Assembly (NCBI RefSeq): GCF_001564455.1
Contig: NZ_CP011391.1
Span: 1,560,001-1,592,000 of the forward strand
Length of the DNA: 32,000 nt
Reading direction: 5' to 3'
Source: Faecalibaculum rodentium
GTDB lineage: Bacteria; Bacillota_I; Bacilli_A; Erysipelotrichales; Erysipelotrichaceae
Shown here: positions 16,605 through 24,907 of the stretch, in pieces
Layout of the letters: the number at the start of each line of letters is the position of its first letter
Numbering within the stretch: position 1 is the stretch's first letter
Notes under the pieces: model-generated
What the model was told of the DNA's origin: nothing
What the model saw: only the letters and a program-made list of their open reading frames with translations
Databases searched by the model: none
Program-made: the position numbers and the translations under genes

Positions 16605-16678
16605 TGGTGCCCGTACGCGGAATTGAACCACGAGTTGATCCTTACCATGGACCTGTATTACCTTTATACTATACGGGC
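16605..16678 (-). tRNA. tRNA-Thr (anticodon GGU), CCA encoded
   Basis: Hand-folded cloverleaf. Acceptor GCCCGUA/UACGGGC, D arm GUAU-AAAGGUA-AUAC, anticodon arm GGUCC-AUGGUAA-GGAUC. Variable loop AACU, T arm CGUGG-UUCAAUU-CCGCG, discriminator A, CCA. Confidence 0.8.
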
Positions 16679-16701
16679 GGTACGTGTGATATATTACCCT
16701 A

Positions 16702-17274
16702 TCACACGGCGGTTGCGCAACCCTTTCTGCACAAATAATCGAGAACTTCTTCCACTTTTTCCATCGGAAGTCCCACAACGTTGCTCCAGGAGCCGCTGAT
16801 GCGGTCCACAAACCCGGAATCCTGGATCCCGTAGGCACCGGCTTTGTCCAGCGCACGGCCTGAATCCGTATATTCCAGGATTTCCTGGTCCTCCAGAACC
16901 CGGAAATGCACATCTGTGGTGTCGGTGAACGTGATTTCCAGCTCCGGTGTCAGGATGCACACACCGGTCTTCACCTGGTGCGTTTCTCCGGACAGCCGCA
17001 TGAGGTAATCACAGGCTTCCCGGTCATCCGACGGCTTTCCCAGGATCTCGCCTCCATACACCACAACCGTATCGGCCGCGAGAATGGTTCTGTCAGGAAA
17101 AGCCGGCTGTACTGCACGGGCCTTGTCCAGCGCCAGGCGCTCCAGGGCCTCATCCAGGGGCATTGTCGTGGAAATCGTCTCGGCAATTTCTGCCGGGTGA
17201 ACATCAGCCTTATATCCCTGCTCCTCGAGGAGCTGCTTTCGCCGCGGGGACTGACTGGCAAGGATGAGTTCCAT
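16702..17274 (-). CDS. maf: Maf-like nucleoside triphosphate pyrophosphatase / septum formation protein
   Basis: 190 aa. MELILASQSPRRKQLLEEQG...ILAADTVV...GKP...AGAYGIQ... is the canonical Maf pattern. Confidence 0.9.
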   Translation of the reverse strand: MELILASQSPRRKQLLEEQGYKADVHPAEIAETISTTMPLDEALERLALDKARAVQPAFPDRTILAADTVVVYGGEILGKPSDDREACDYLMRLSGETHQVKTGVCILTPELEITFTDTTDVHFRVLEDQEILEYTDSGRALDKAGAYGIQDSGFVDRISGSWSNVVGLPMEKVEEVLDYLCRKGCATAV

Positions 17275-17347
17275 GAATCAAACCTTCCGCATGCCTTCCT
17301 TTCATGCCGGAGGTCTCATCAGCAGTATAACATTGTGAATGGCCTTT

Positions 17348-18010
17348 TCAACGCCTGCCACTTCGCAGCACCAGCCAGGATACAACACCCCCGGTCACTG
17401 CAACCGCTGTGATTTCCAGCACGATGCGGATCACCAGGTCGAAGAACAGCGATTCCGGACAGATGCGGATCATGAAATCCGTGGCGGGATCAAGCAGCCA
17501 CAGGTCGTTGTTGAAAAACAGCTCGTGGAAATGCGTCCAGAAATCCGTGAATCCGGTTGCAGCCCACAGCCCCAGGAACGCCAGCAGGAACAGCCAGCAG
17601 AGCCCTGCCTGCAGATACCCCAGGGCCAGCGTTTTCCAGGCTTTTTTCCATCCTGCGATCACAACGCCCAGACCCACAATGGCCCAGGCAGTGTATTTTG
17701 CGGCCATTGCCTGTTCATACAGATGGCGCACATCCTTCATGTGCGCCTTTTCCCGTGCATTGTAGACCTCGCCGATCCCCGCCAAAGAGCCGTCCATGGT
17801 GCTTCGGTCCCCCCTGACATACTCCAGCATCATGGACATGGCTTCCTCCAGGCTTTCTTCCGGCACATCCAGCCTTTCTGCCAGGTCCGAGTGGCGGTAC
17901 CAGTCATCGTACCAGCCTGTGTCCAGCGCCTGCAGGTCGACGATTGTCAACAGCATCGCCAGGATCGCCGCCATGCCCCAGAACCAGGCCGCCAGCCGTC
18001 TGAGCGTCAC
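17348..18010 (-). CDS. DUF1461/TIGR01906-family integral membrane protein (Lit, lipoprotein intramolecular transacylase-like)
   Basis: 220 aa. N-terminal TM, extracytoplasmic helical region, 3 C-terminal TMs, and the family-typical FHELFFNNDLWLLDP block. GTG start overlaps the upstream stop (GTGA). Family assignment is from memory of the motif. Confidence 0.65.
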   Translation of the reverse strand: MTLRRLAAWFWGMAAILAMLLTIVDLQALDTGWYDDWYRHSDLAERLDVPEESLEEAMSMMLEYVRGDRSTMDGSLAGIGEVYNAREKAHMKDVRHLYEQAMAAKYTAWAIVGLGVVIAGWKKAWKTLALGYLQAGLCWLFLLAFLGLWAATGFTDFWTHFHELFFNNDLWLLDPATDFMIRICPESLFFDLVIRIVLEITAVAVTGGVVSWLVLRSGRR

Positions 18011-18441
18011 TCCACTGCCACCAGTTCTGTCCGGCTCACCGCCGGCAGATCCTGCAGCACCCGGATCAGGTCCTCGGGACTTGTTTCCAGGTCCGCCATG
18101 TCAATGGTGATCGTCAGGCTGGCAATGCCGTTGATCGGTGCAGTCTGGTTCAGGGACAGAATGTTGGCCTGGGAGCGGCTGAGCAGGTTGATCACCTGGG
18201 CCAGCGCCCCCTTTTCATGGCGGATGACAAAGGAAATGATGGCTTTGCGCGTGGACTCGTCCTGGGAGAAGCTGAACACCGCATCCTTGTATTTATAGAA
18301 CGTACCGCGGGAGATCCCCACTTTGGCCACGGCCTCGGAGATCCGGGTGGCTTCCCCGGAATTCAGCAGCTGGTGGGCTTCCATGACCTTCTCCAGCACC
18401 TCGGGCAGGATCTCGCTGGAGACCACATAGTACTTACTCAT
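18007..18441 (-). CDS. Stand-alone ACT-domain protein (UPF0735 / PheB-like)
   Basis: 144 aa from MSKYYVVSSEILPEVLEKVMEAHQLL...: an N-terminal HTH-like part plus a C-terminal ACT fold (ISFVIRHEKGALAQVINLLS...). Its ATG overlaps the thrB stop (ATGAGTAA). The 199-aa track ORF is an upstream read-on. Confidence 0.8.
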   Translation of the reverse strand: MSKYYVVSSEILPEVLEKVMEAHQLLNSGEATRISEAVAKVGISRGTFYKYKDAVFSFSQDESTRKAIISFVIRHEKGALAQVINLLSRSQANILSLNQTAPINGIASLTITIDMADLETSPEDLIRVLQDLPAVSRTELVAVE

Positions 18442-19303
18442 GGAAGATCTGCAGTCCTTCCCGGTCGGGGTTCGTGAGCCGGCTGTCCAGGCCCATCTCC
18501 TTCCGGACCCATGCCTGCATGCTCTCCAGCTGTGAGCGGTCCCGGCTGATGGCCAGCATGGTGCTGCCCGAGCCGGAGATCCACAGGGGGACCGCATTGG
18601 CTTCACAGGCGTCCTTCAGCCGACTGTACTGGGGAATGAGCGCCTTTCTCCAGGGCTCATGGAGCACATCCTGACACGCAGCGCAAACCAGCTGCTGGTC
18701 ACCGCGTTCCAGTCCCTGGACAAACAGAGCTGCCCGCCCGGCCTGAAGGGCCGCTTCCTTCAGAGATACTGTCGCCGGAAGCACTTTCCTGGCCTCGGCG
18801 GTGGAGACTTCATTTTCCGGCACAATGGCCAGTGCATGCCAGAGACTCATGTCTGTTGCACACATCACCGCCTGGTCCCGGTCCATGACCGTCGTGCACA
18901 GGTTGCCGAAAATGGCCGGCGCCACGTTGTCCGGGTGTCCTTCCATGCCTGCAGCCAGGGCCAGGATCTCATGTCTGGGAGCCGGCTGGCCGTGGACTTC
19001 CCACGCCGCAGCCAGACCCGCCACGATGCACGTGGCACTGGACCCCAGTCCCCGGGCAAAAGGAATGTCAGACTCTATATGAATATGGAGGGGATCCGGC
19101 GAAAACCCGCCGGCCTCACATCCCGTCAGGTAGGCTTTCCAGATGAGATTGTCCTCTCCGGCATACGCCTCGGGACAGCCCGTAATGCGCAGGCTGTCAG
19201 CCTGTTCGAACAGAAACATCCCCCGCCAGTCCAGGGCCAGTCCCATCGTATCGAATCCTACCGAACAGTTGGCGCTGGTGGCCGGTACACTGATGCGGAT
19301 CAT
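18434..19303 (-). CDS. thrB: Homoserine kinase
   Basis: 289 aa from MIRISVPATSANCSVGFDTMGLAL...; GHMP kinase motif PFARGLGSSATCIVAG. ATGA overlap with the thrC stop. Confidence 0.9.
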   Translation of the reverse strand: MIRISVPATSANCSVGFDTMGLALDWRGMFLFEQADSLRITGCPEAYAGEDNLIWKAYLTGCEAGGFSPDPLHIHIESDIPFARGLGSSATCIVAGLAAAWEVHGQPAPRHEILALAAGMEGHPDNVAPAIFGNLCTTVMDRDQAVMCATDMSLWHALAIVPENEVSTAEARKVLPATVSLKEAALQAGRAALFVQGLERGDQQLVCAACQDVLHEPWRKALIPQYSRLKDACEANAVPLWISGSGSTMLAISRDRSQLESMQAWVRKEMGLDSRLTNPDREGLQIFHE

Positions 19304-20787
19304 GCGGTCTCTCCGTTTTTCACCAAAGAGCAGGCCCCCTGCACGGCTTCCTTCATCCCCGGAACCCCGATAACAGCCTCGTGGAGGATCCTGGCGTTCT
19401 CCAGGGCAGCCAGTCCTGCCGGGATGGGATCCTGACAGAGTTCCTGCAGCCGGTGCAGCGCATCCCATTCCCCGAGCTCTTCACCGGTCAGCGCCTGCAT
19501 CACATCCTGTGCAAATTTGTAGGGAGACGCCGTGGCAAGGACCACCATCGGGGTGTCGTCTTTTTTCGCCAGACCCGCCCGATAGCCAATGGCGCTGTGA
19601 GGATCCAGCACATAGCGTTCCTCTTTATATACATCAGCAATGGTTTCCTTCGTGGCGGCATCATCCGCATAGTCGGCTTCAAACAGCGACCGGATCCGTT
19701 CCAGGACCTCCGGCGTGACTTCATACCGTCCGGTTTCGGCCAGTTCCTGCATCCAGGCAGCCACCTGTTCCGTGTTTCCGTCTGTCATGTAGTAGAGCAG
19801 GCGCTCCAGGTTGGAGGAAATCAGGATGTCCATGCTCGGGGAAATCGTCTTCACGAACGGACGGTTCCGGTCATACACACCCGTGGTGATGAATTCCGTC
19901 AGCACGTTGTTGGCATTGCTGGCCACGACAAACTTCTTCACCGGCAGTCCCAGCCTGTATGCATAGTAGCCTGCCAGCACGTCACCGAAGTTGCCTGTGG
20001 GCACAGAGAAGGACACCTTGTCATCACGGCCGATGACACCCTGGTTGACCAGCTGCTTCCAGGCTTCGAAATAGTAGACCACCTGCGGCACGAGACGGCC
20101 GACATTGATGGAGTTGGCGCTGGACAGACGGATGTTCTGCCCGGCCGCCCACTGGCCAAGGTCTTCATCCAGGAACAGCTGCTTCACCGCAGACTGGGCA
20201 TCGTCGAAGTTGCCCCGCACGGCGAAGACCTTCACGTTGCTTCCCTGCTGGGTGGCCATCTGCCGGTACTGGATCTGGGACACCTTGCCCTCGGGATAGA
20301 AGACGGCAATGCCTGTCCGGTCCACATCCCGGAATCCGGAGAGTGCCGCCTTGCCCGTGTCACCGGAGGTGGCAGTCAGGATCATGGCGGAATCTTCCGT
20401 ATCCTGCAGGGCGATGCTCATGAGCTGCGGCAGCATGGTGAGCGCAACGTCCTTGAAGGCGGAGGTGGGTCCATGGAACAGCTCCAGGACATGCAGGTCG
20501 CCGACGGGTTTCAGAGGCGTGATGGCTTTGTCGGCAAATGTGCCGGTGTAGGCGGCCGCCACTGCCTGTTTCAGTTCTTCCTCTGTATAGTCCGGCAGGA
20601 GCAGGCCGAGAATGTATGCGGCATTCTCCTGATACGACTGATTCAGGATGCGGTCCAGGTCTGCTTTTTCCGTTCCCAGATCCGGTCTGACAAACAGACC
20701 GCCGTCGCTGGCGATGCCTGTCAGGACCGCTTCCCTGGCACCTGCCTGTATCCCCTTGTTTCTTGTTGAATGGTAGGATGTAACCAT
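19300..20787 (-). CDS. thrC: Threonine synthase
   Basis: 495 aa from MVTSYHSTRNKG...; the PLP-lysine context HGPTSAFKDVAL is typical of long-form ThrC. GGAGG SD upstream of the ATG at 20787. Confidence 0.92.
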   Translation of the reverse strand: MVTSYHSTRNKGIQAGAREAVLTGIASDGGLFVRPDLGTEKADLDRILNQSYQENAAYILGLLLPDYTEEELKQAVAAAYTGTFADKAITPLKPVGDLHVLELFHGPTSAFKDVALTMLPQLMSIALQDTEDSAMILTATSGDTGKAALSGFRDVDRTGIAVFYPEGKVSQIQYRQMATQQGSNVKVFAVRGNFDDAQSAVKQLFLDEDLGQWAAGQNIRLSSANSINVGRLVPQVVYYFEAWKQLVNQGVIGRDDKVSFSVPTGNFGDVLAGYYAYRLGLPVKKFVVASNANNVLTEFITTGVYDRNRPFVKTISPSMDILISSNLERLLYYMTDGNTEQVAAWMQELAETGRYEVTPEVLERIRSLFEADYADDAATKETIADVYKEERYVLDPHSAIGYRAGLAKKDDTPMVVLATASPYKFAQDVMQALTGEELGEWDALHRLQELCQDPIPAGLAALENARILHEAVIGVPGMKEAVQGACSLVKNGETA

Positions 20788-20799
20788 TTGAAAACCTCC

Positions 20800-20828
20800 T
20801 TGAAAATGAACAACACCTATGATACAAT
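20800..20828 (+). promoter_or_regulatory. Strong sigma-A-type promoter for hom-aspartokinase-asd
   Basis: TTGAAA (20800-20805), 17 nt spacer, TACAAT (20823-20828), with TG at the extended -10 position (TGaTACAAT). The candidate divergent thrC promoter (TTGTTT-17-TATCAT on the minus strand) overlaps the same 89-bp region. Confidence 0.6.
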
Positions 20829-20876
20829 GTGCAAGCTTTGAAAACAAGTGTTTTTGAATAAGAAACAGGAGGGCTT

Positions 20877-21992
20877 ATGCAGGCTGTATTATTAGGATAT
20901 GGAACCGTGGGAAAAGGCGTCGAAAAACTTGTGAACACGGTGGATGGACTGGACATGAAGGCAGTGTTCGTTCTGCCGGAATTCGAGGATCTTCCCTATT
21001 TCTCCAACGACGGCGAGGGCCTGGTGACGGATCCGGACGTGGATGTGGTGTTCGAATGCCTCTCCGGCACCGAACCGTCCAACACCCTGATCCGCAAGGC
21101 GCTGGAGGCAGGCAAGCACGTCATCACATCCAACAAGGCCACAGTGGCCCCCAATCTGGAAGACTATGTGAAGCTGGCGGAAGAAAACGGCGGATCGATC
21201 CAGATCGAAGCCAGCGTGGCCGGCGGGATCCCCTTCCTGGATGCCGTGCTGAAGCTGCAGAAGCTGGAAGACCTGAATGGATTCGAGGGCATCTTCAACG
21301 GCACCTCCAACTATATCCTGGACCAGATGCAGAAAGAGGGGCAGGACCTGTCGACGGCACTGCGGGATGCACAGGCCATGGGATACGCCGAAGCGGACCC
21401 CACCAATGACGTGGAAGGCATGGATGTCTGGTACAAGACCGTGATCACCAATATGCTGGCATACAACACGAAAAACGACGGTCTGAGAAAGCCCCTTGGC
21501 ATCTCGAAGCTCACACCGGAAGACATTGCGCTGGCCAGAGGCGAAAACAAAGTGATCCGCCACATTTCACGGTCCGTGCAGAAAGACGGGCGCTATGCAT
21601 CCGTGATTGCGCCTGCGTTCCTGAACCGGGACGACTATCTGGCCAATGTGCCGTCCAACTACAATGCGCAGCTCATCTATGCCGACAGCTTCGACAAGAT
21701 CGGCCTGTTCGGCCAGGGTGCCGGACAGATGGCAACGGCCCAGGCCATGCTGGCCAACGCACTCGACACGATGGAAGGCACAGAGCGCCCGATCCGCCTG
21801 GACAGAAACCTGAAGCAGGACGATTCCCTGATTCAGGAAACCTGGCTGGTCCGCTCGGAGGCAGACCTCTCTTCCATTCCGACAGCCAGAGTGAAGGAAG
21901 GATCATACTGGCTGATCGGACCGGCAGGCGCCGATGTGATCGACCGCATCCAGGAACTGGATCCGCAGGCCATGATCGCCCTCTGGCGGTAA
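20877..21992 (+). CDS. hom: Homoserine dehydrogenase (short form, no canonical C-terminal ACT domain evident)
   Basis: 371 aa. MQAVLLGYGTVGKGV (NAD-binding), ...HVITSNKA..., ...EASVAGGIPF...GIFNGTSNYIL...GYAEADPTNDVEGMD... AGGAGG SD upstream. Confidence 0.9.
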   Translation: MQAVLLGYGTVGKGVEKLVNTVDGLDMKAVFVLPEFEDLPYFSNDGEGLVTDPDVDVVFECLSGTEPSNTLIRKALEAGKHVITSNKATVAPNLEDYVKLAEENGGSIQIEASVAGGIPFLDAVLKLQKLEDLNGFEGIFNGTSNYILDQMQKEGQDLSTALRDAQAMGYAEADPTNDVEGMDVWYKTVITNMLAYNTKNDGLRKPLGISKLTPEDIALARGENKVIRHISRSVQKDGRYASVIAPAFLNRDDYLANVPSNYNAQLIYADSFDKIGLFGQGAGQMATAQAMLANALDTMEGTERPIRLDRNLKQDDSLIQETWLVRSEADLSSIPTARVKEGSYWLIGPAGADVIDRIQELDPQAMIALWR

Positions 21993-22015
21993 GCTGTCTG
22001 CTTCGCTGAAAAAAC

Positions 22016-22043
22016 CGGGAGTGCACTCTCCCGTTTCTTGTTT
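22016..22043 (+). terminator. Hairpin plus U-tract between hom and aspartokinase (partial terminator or attenuator)
   Basis: CGGGAG (22016-22021), 6-nt loop, CTCCCG (22028-22033), then TTTCTTGTTT. It is preceded by A6 and ends only about 15 nt before the aspartokinase ATG. Confidence 0.5.
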
Positions 22044-22058
22044 GAGAAAGGAATCAAT

Positions 22059-23384
22059 ATGCTGAAAGTCACGAAATTCGGCGGGTCGTCAGTTGCCGAT
22101 GCCTGTCAGTTCCGCAAGGTCCGGGACATCATCCAGTCCGATCCCGACCGCCGCTATGTCGTTGTGTCCGCACCAGGTCGGAGAACCCCCGCAGATGCCA
22201 AGCTCACCGACCTGCTCTACCTGCTGGATGCCCACCGTCAGTATCACGTGGACGCCTCCAATGTCTACCGCATCATCCGGGAGCGGATCCTGGGGATCCA
22301 GAAGGAACTGGGCCTGAAGCAGAACATGGCCGGGGAACTGGATGCCTTCTATGCGAACCTGAACCAGATGAAGCAGGACGAAATCGTGTCCCGGGGCGAA
22401 TACTGGTGCGCGAAAATGATGGCGGAATTCCTGGGCTTCCCCTTTGTGGATGCCAGGGATGTCATCTGCTTCAACCTGGACAAAACCATCGACTTCAAGG
22501 CGACGAAAGCCAAGCTGCAGGCCAAGATGGCAGAATACGAACACTTCGTCTTCCCGGGATTCTACGGATCCACGGCCAACGGACGCATCCAGGTGTTCAC
22601 CCGCGGCGGAGGGGACATCACCGGTGCGATCCTGGCCAACGTCATGGATGCGGATGTCTACGAGAACTGGACCGATGTGTCCGGATTCCTCATGGCAGAT
22701 CCGACCATCGTGGACAAGCCCCATGAAATCACCCACATCACCTACTCCGAGCTGCGGGAACTCTCCTACATGGGGGCCAGCGTGCTGCATGAAGAGGCGA
22801 TTTTCCCGGTCAAGGAACGCAACATTCCCATCCACATCCTGAACACCAACCGGCCGCAGGATCCGGGAACGTTCATCCAGGAAAACCGGAAAACGAAGTC
22901 CCATTATCCCATCACAGGCATCGCCGGAAAATCCGGGTTTGTATCCTTATATGTATACAAGAAACACATGTCCAGCGAAGTGGGCTACATGCGGAAGGTT
23001 CTGTCCATCCTGGAGGACTACAACGTGTCCATCGAGCACATCCCGTCGGGCATCGACAGCTTCACGGTGGTCATGGAAGAAAAGGACGTGGAAAACACGC
23101 TGTACGAAATCGTGTCCCGGATCAAGCGGGAGCTGAAGCCGGATGAGGTGAAGGTGCAGGACAACATTTCACTGATCAGTACCGTGGGAAAGCGCATGAG
23201 CGATTCCCCAGGCATGGCCGGGCGGCTGTTCACGGCCCTGGGCAGGGAAAACATCAGCATCATGATGATTGCCCAGGACTCCAATGAGATCAACATCACG
23301 GTGGCGGTGGAAACGCCGGATTTTGAGACGGCAGTCAAGGCGATTTATGACGAATTTGTGACGAAGGAGGATTTGCAGGGATGA
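22059..23384 (+). CDS. Aspartate kinase (monofunctional, C-terminal ACT pair)
   Basis: 441 aa from MLKVTKFGGSSVADA...VVVSAPG..., with a C-terminal ACT-like region (...ISLISTVG...MAGRLFTALGRENISIMMIAQDSNEINITVAV). I chose the ATG at 22059 by family N-terminus. Confidence 0.9.
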   Translation: MLKVTKFGGSSVADACQFRKVRDIIQSDPDRRYVVVSAPGRRTPADAKLTDLLYLLDAHRQYHVDASNVYRIIRERILGIQKELGLKQNMAGELDAFYANLNQMKQDEIVSRGEYWCAKMMAEFLGFPFVDARDVICFNLDKTIDFKATKAKLQAKMAEYEHFVFPGFYGSTANGRIQVFTRGGGDITGAILANVMDADVYENWTDVSGFLMADPTIVDKPHEITHITYSELRELSYMGASVLHEEAIFPVKERNIPIHILNTNRPQDPGTFIQENRKTKSHYPITGIAGKSGFVSLYVYKKHMSSEVGYMRKVLSILEDYNVSIEHIPSGIDSFTVVMEEKDVENTLYEIVSRIKRELKPDEVKVQDNISLISTVGKRMSDSPGMAGRLFTALGRENISIMMIAQDSNEINITVAVETPDFETAVKAIYDEFVTKEDLQG

Positions 23385-24364
23385 AGAAAGTGGCAATTGC
23401 AGGCGCGACCGGCGCCGTGGGAAGACAGATGCTGGAATGTATCCGGGAACGGAATCTGCCGGTGGAGGTGAAGCTGCTGGCCAGCGCCCGGTCCAAAGGC
23501 AAGGTCATTGACGGTCTGGTCGTGGAGGAACTGACCCCGGATTCCTTCCAGGGTGTGGACTATGTCCTCGGCGCCTGCGAAAATGACGTGACGAAGCGGT
23601 GGATGCCCTGGGCGCAGGAAGCCGGCTGTGTGGTGGTGGACAACTCCAGCGCCTTCCGGCTGGATGACAATGTCCCCCTGGTGGTGCCGGAAATCAATGC
23701 GGATGACATTGACCACCACAACGGCATCATTGCCAACCCGAACTGCTCCACGATCATTGCCCTGGTGGGGTGTGATGCGCTGAAGAAGGAATTCGGCCTG
23801 AAGCGCATGATCGTGACCACCATGCAGGCGGTGTCCGGAGCCGGGGTCAAAGGGATTGCGGATCTGGAAAACCAGGTCAAAGGTGAAGATGTTCCCTTCC
23901 AGGCGTTCCCCTACCAGATCGCCTACAACCTGATTCCGCAAATCGGCGACTTCGATGAGTTCGGCATCTCCAAGGAAGAATGGAAGATGCAGAACGAAGG
24001 CCGGAAAATCTGGCATGAACCGGAACTTCTGGTGAACTGCACCTGTGTCCGCGTTCCCGTGATGCGCTCCCACTCCGAGTCCATCACCCTGGAATGTGAA
24101 ACCGAAGTGGATGTGGCCAGGGCCCGGGAAGTGCTGAAGCAGGCCGCGGGAGTGCAGCTGAAGGATGACCCGCAGAACAGGGTGTATCCCATGCCGCTGG
24201 ATACCACGGACCAGGACGATGTGTTCGTGGGCCGGATCCGCAAGGACCTGACCGATCCGGAGGGAAAGACGCTGCAGGTGTTTGTCTGCGGCGACCAGAT
24301 CCGCAAGGGTGCGGCAACGAACGCTGTGCAGATCCTGGAAAAGCTGCTGGAAAAAGCCGAATAA
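23381..24364 (+). CDS. asd: Aspartate-semialdehyde dehydrogenase
   Basis: 327 aa. MKKVAIAGATGAVGRQM...VVDNSSAFR...IIANPNCSTI (active-site Cys)... ATGA overlap with the aspartokinase stop. Confidence 0.93.
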   Translation: MKKVAIAGATGAVGRQMLECIRERNLPVEVKLLASARSKGKVIDGLVVEELTPDSFQGVDYVLGACENDVTKRWMPWAQEAGCVVVDNSSAFRLDDNVPLVVPEINADDIDHHNGIIANPNCSTIIALVGCDALKKEFGLKRMIVTTMQAVSGAGVKGIADLENQVKGEDVPFQAFPYQIAYNLIPQIGDFDEFGISKEEWKMQNEGRKIWHEPELLVNCTCVRVPVMRSHSESITLECETEVDVARAREVLKQAAGVQLKDDPQNRVYPMPLDTTDQDDVFVGRIRKDLTDPEGKTLQVFVCGDQIRKGAATNAVQILEKLLEKAE

Positions 24365-24372
24365 CAAAACAT

Positions 24373-24406
24373 GGGAGAAACCTGAAGCCGGGTTTCTCCC
24401 TTTTCG
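24373..24406 (+). terminator. Rho-independent terminator of the hom-ask-asd operon
   Basis: GGGAGAAACC (24373-24382), 8-nt loop, GGTTTCTCCC (24391-24400), then TTTTCG. Confidence 0.85.
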
Positions 24407-24533
24407 TATGAATGCTGATGCTGGTGATGGCAGGGCAGATCCGGGGCATCCCGGGATGGAACCGAATCTCAAATGCCTTTGCCCAGGAAGAAGTCCTGGA
24501 GGTTCTGGTGGATGATTCCTTTGTCGCTCATTC

Positions 24534-24592
24534 AGTTGGAGTCCGCTCCAGCTTTTGATGTTTTTCCCGTTTAGTTGGAGCCCACTCCAACT
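24534..24592. repeat. Two tandem copies of a 20-nt palindromic hairpin element AGTTGGAG-N4-CTCCARCT
   Basis: Copy 1 at 24534-24553 is AGTTGGAG TCCG CTCCAGCT, followed by TTTTGATGTTTTT. Copy 2 at 24573-24592 is AGTTGGAG CCCA CTCCAACT. Starts are 39 bp apart. Confidence 0.6.
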
Positions 24593-24611
24593 GCGCGCTC
24601 TCTTCTTCCGT

Positions 24612-24692
24612 GCAGAGACTCGTCGGAAAGCCGGAGTCCACCACATCTGTCCCTGGCCACATCCTTTCGCCAAAGCAGGACTCAGTCTCTGC
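24612..24692. other. Long imperfect hairpin in the non-coding island
   Basis: GCAGAGACT (24612-24620) pairs with AGTCTCTGC (24684-24692). Inner GAGTCC (24634-24639) pairs with GGACTC (24678-24683). No adjoining U-tract on either strand. Confidence 0.4.
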
Positions 24693-24907
24693 CGCTACCA
24701 CTTCTCCCGAAGTGCAGATGCGCACTGGTTTTCCCCTCTACGCCGATACCCCATACATCAGCCATCATAAAACAGGCCCGAAGCCTTCTGTGCAATCTTA
24801 CAGGGAAACAGCCTCAGGCCTGCGCAATGATTTGTCTGAATGAAACCCGGTGCTCCGATCCACACGATGGTCTGGACCGACCTCATGCACCGAATCCCTT
24901 TCCTCCA

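Noticed and set aside
18434-19468. N-terminal extensions of track ORFs: thrB to 19468, thrC to 20847, ACT to 18606, HU to 14673, AzlC to 28530, AzlD to 28003, YkvI-like to 26293, GntR to 31715, pyrophosphatase to 14088, aspartokinase from 22038
   Set aside because: The extensions are non-homologous, often overlap the upstream gene or the SD itself, and lack ribosome-binding sites. For all but azlC (short SD spacing, start uncertain), internal starts with good SD sequences, or ATGA-type overlaps, give family-typical N-termini.
16605-20787. tRNA-Thr lying just downstream of the thrC-thrB cluster as a sign of T-box or tRNA-mediated control of threonine genes
   Set aside because: The thrC 5' UTR is too short for a T-box leader, and I see no specifier or T-box sequence. 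The tRNA follows maf, about 2.6 kb from the thr genes, so the adjacency is most simply coincidental.
24528-24770. Small ORFs in the non-coding island (65 aa on the minus strand, 71 aa on the plus strand) as a toxin-antitoxin or small-peptide pair
   Set aside because: No SD sequences. The sequences are dominated by the hairpin repeats (the repeated peptide is a by-product of the DNA repeat), and there is no family resemblance.
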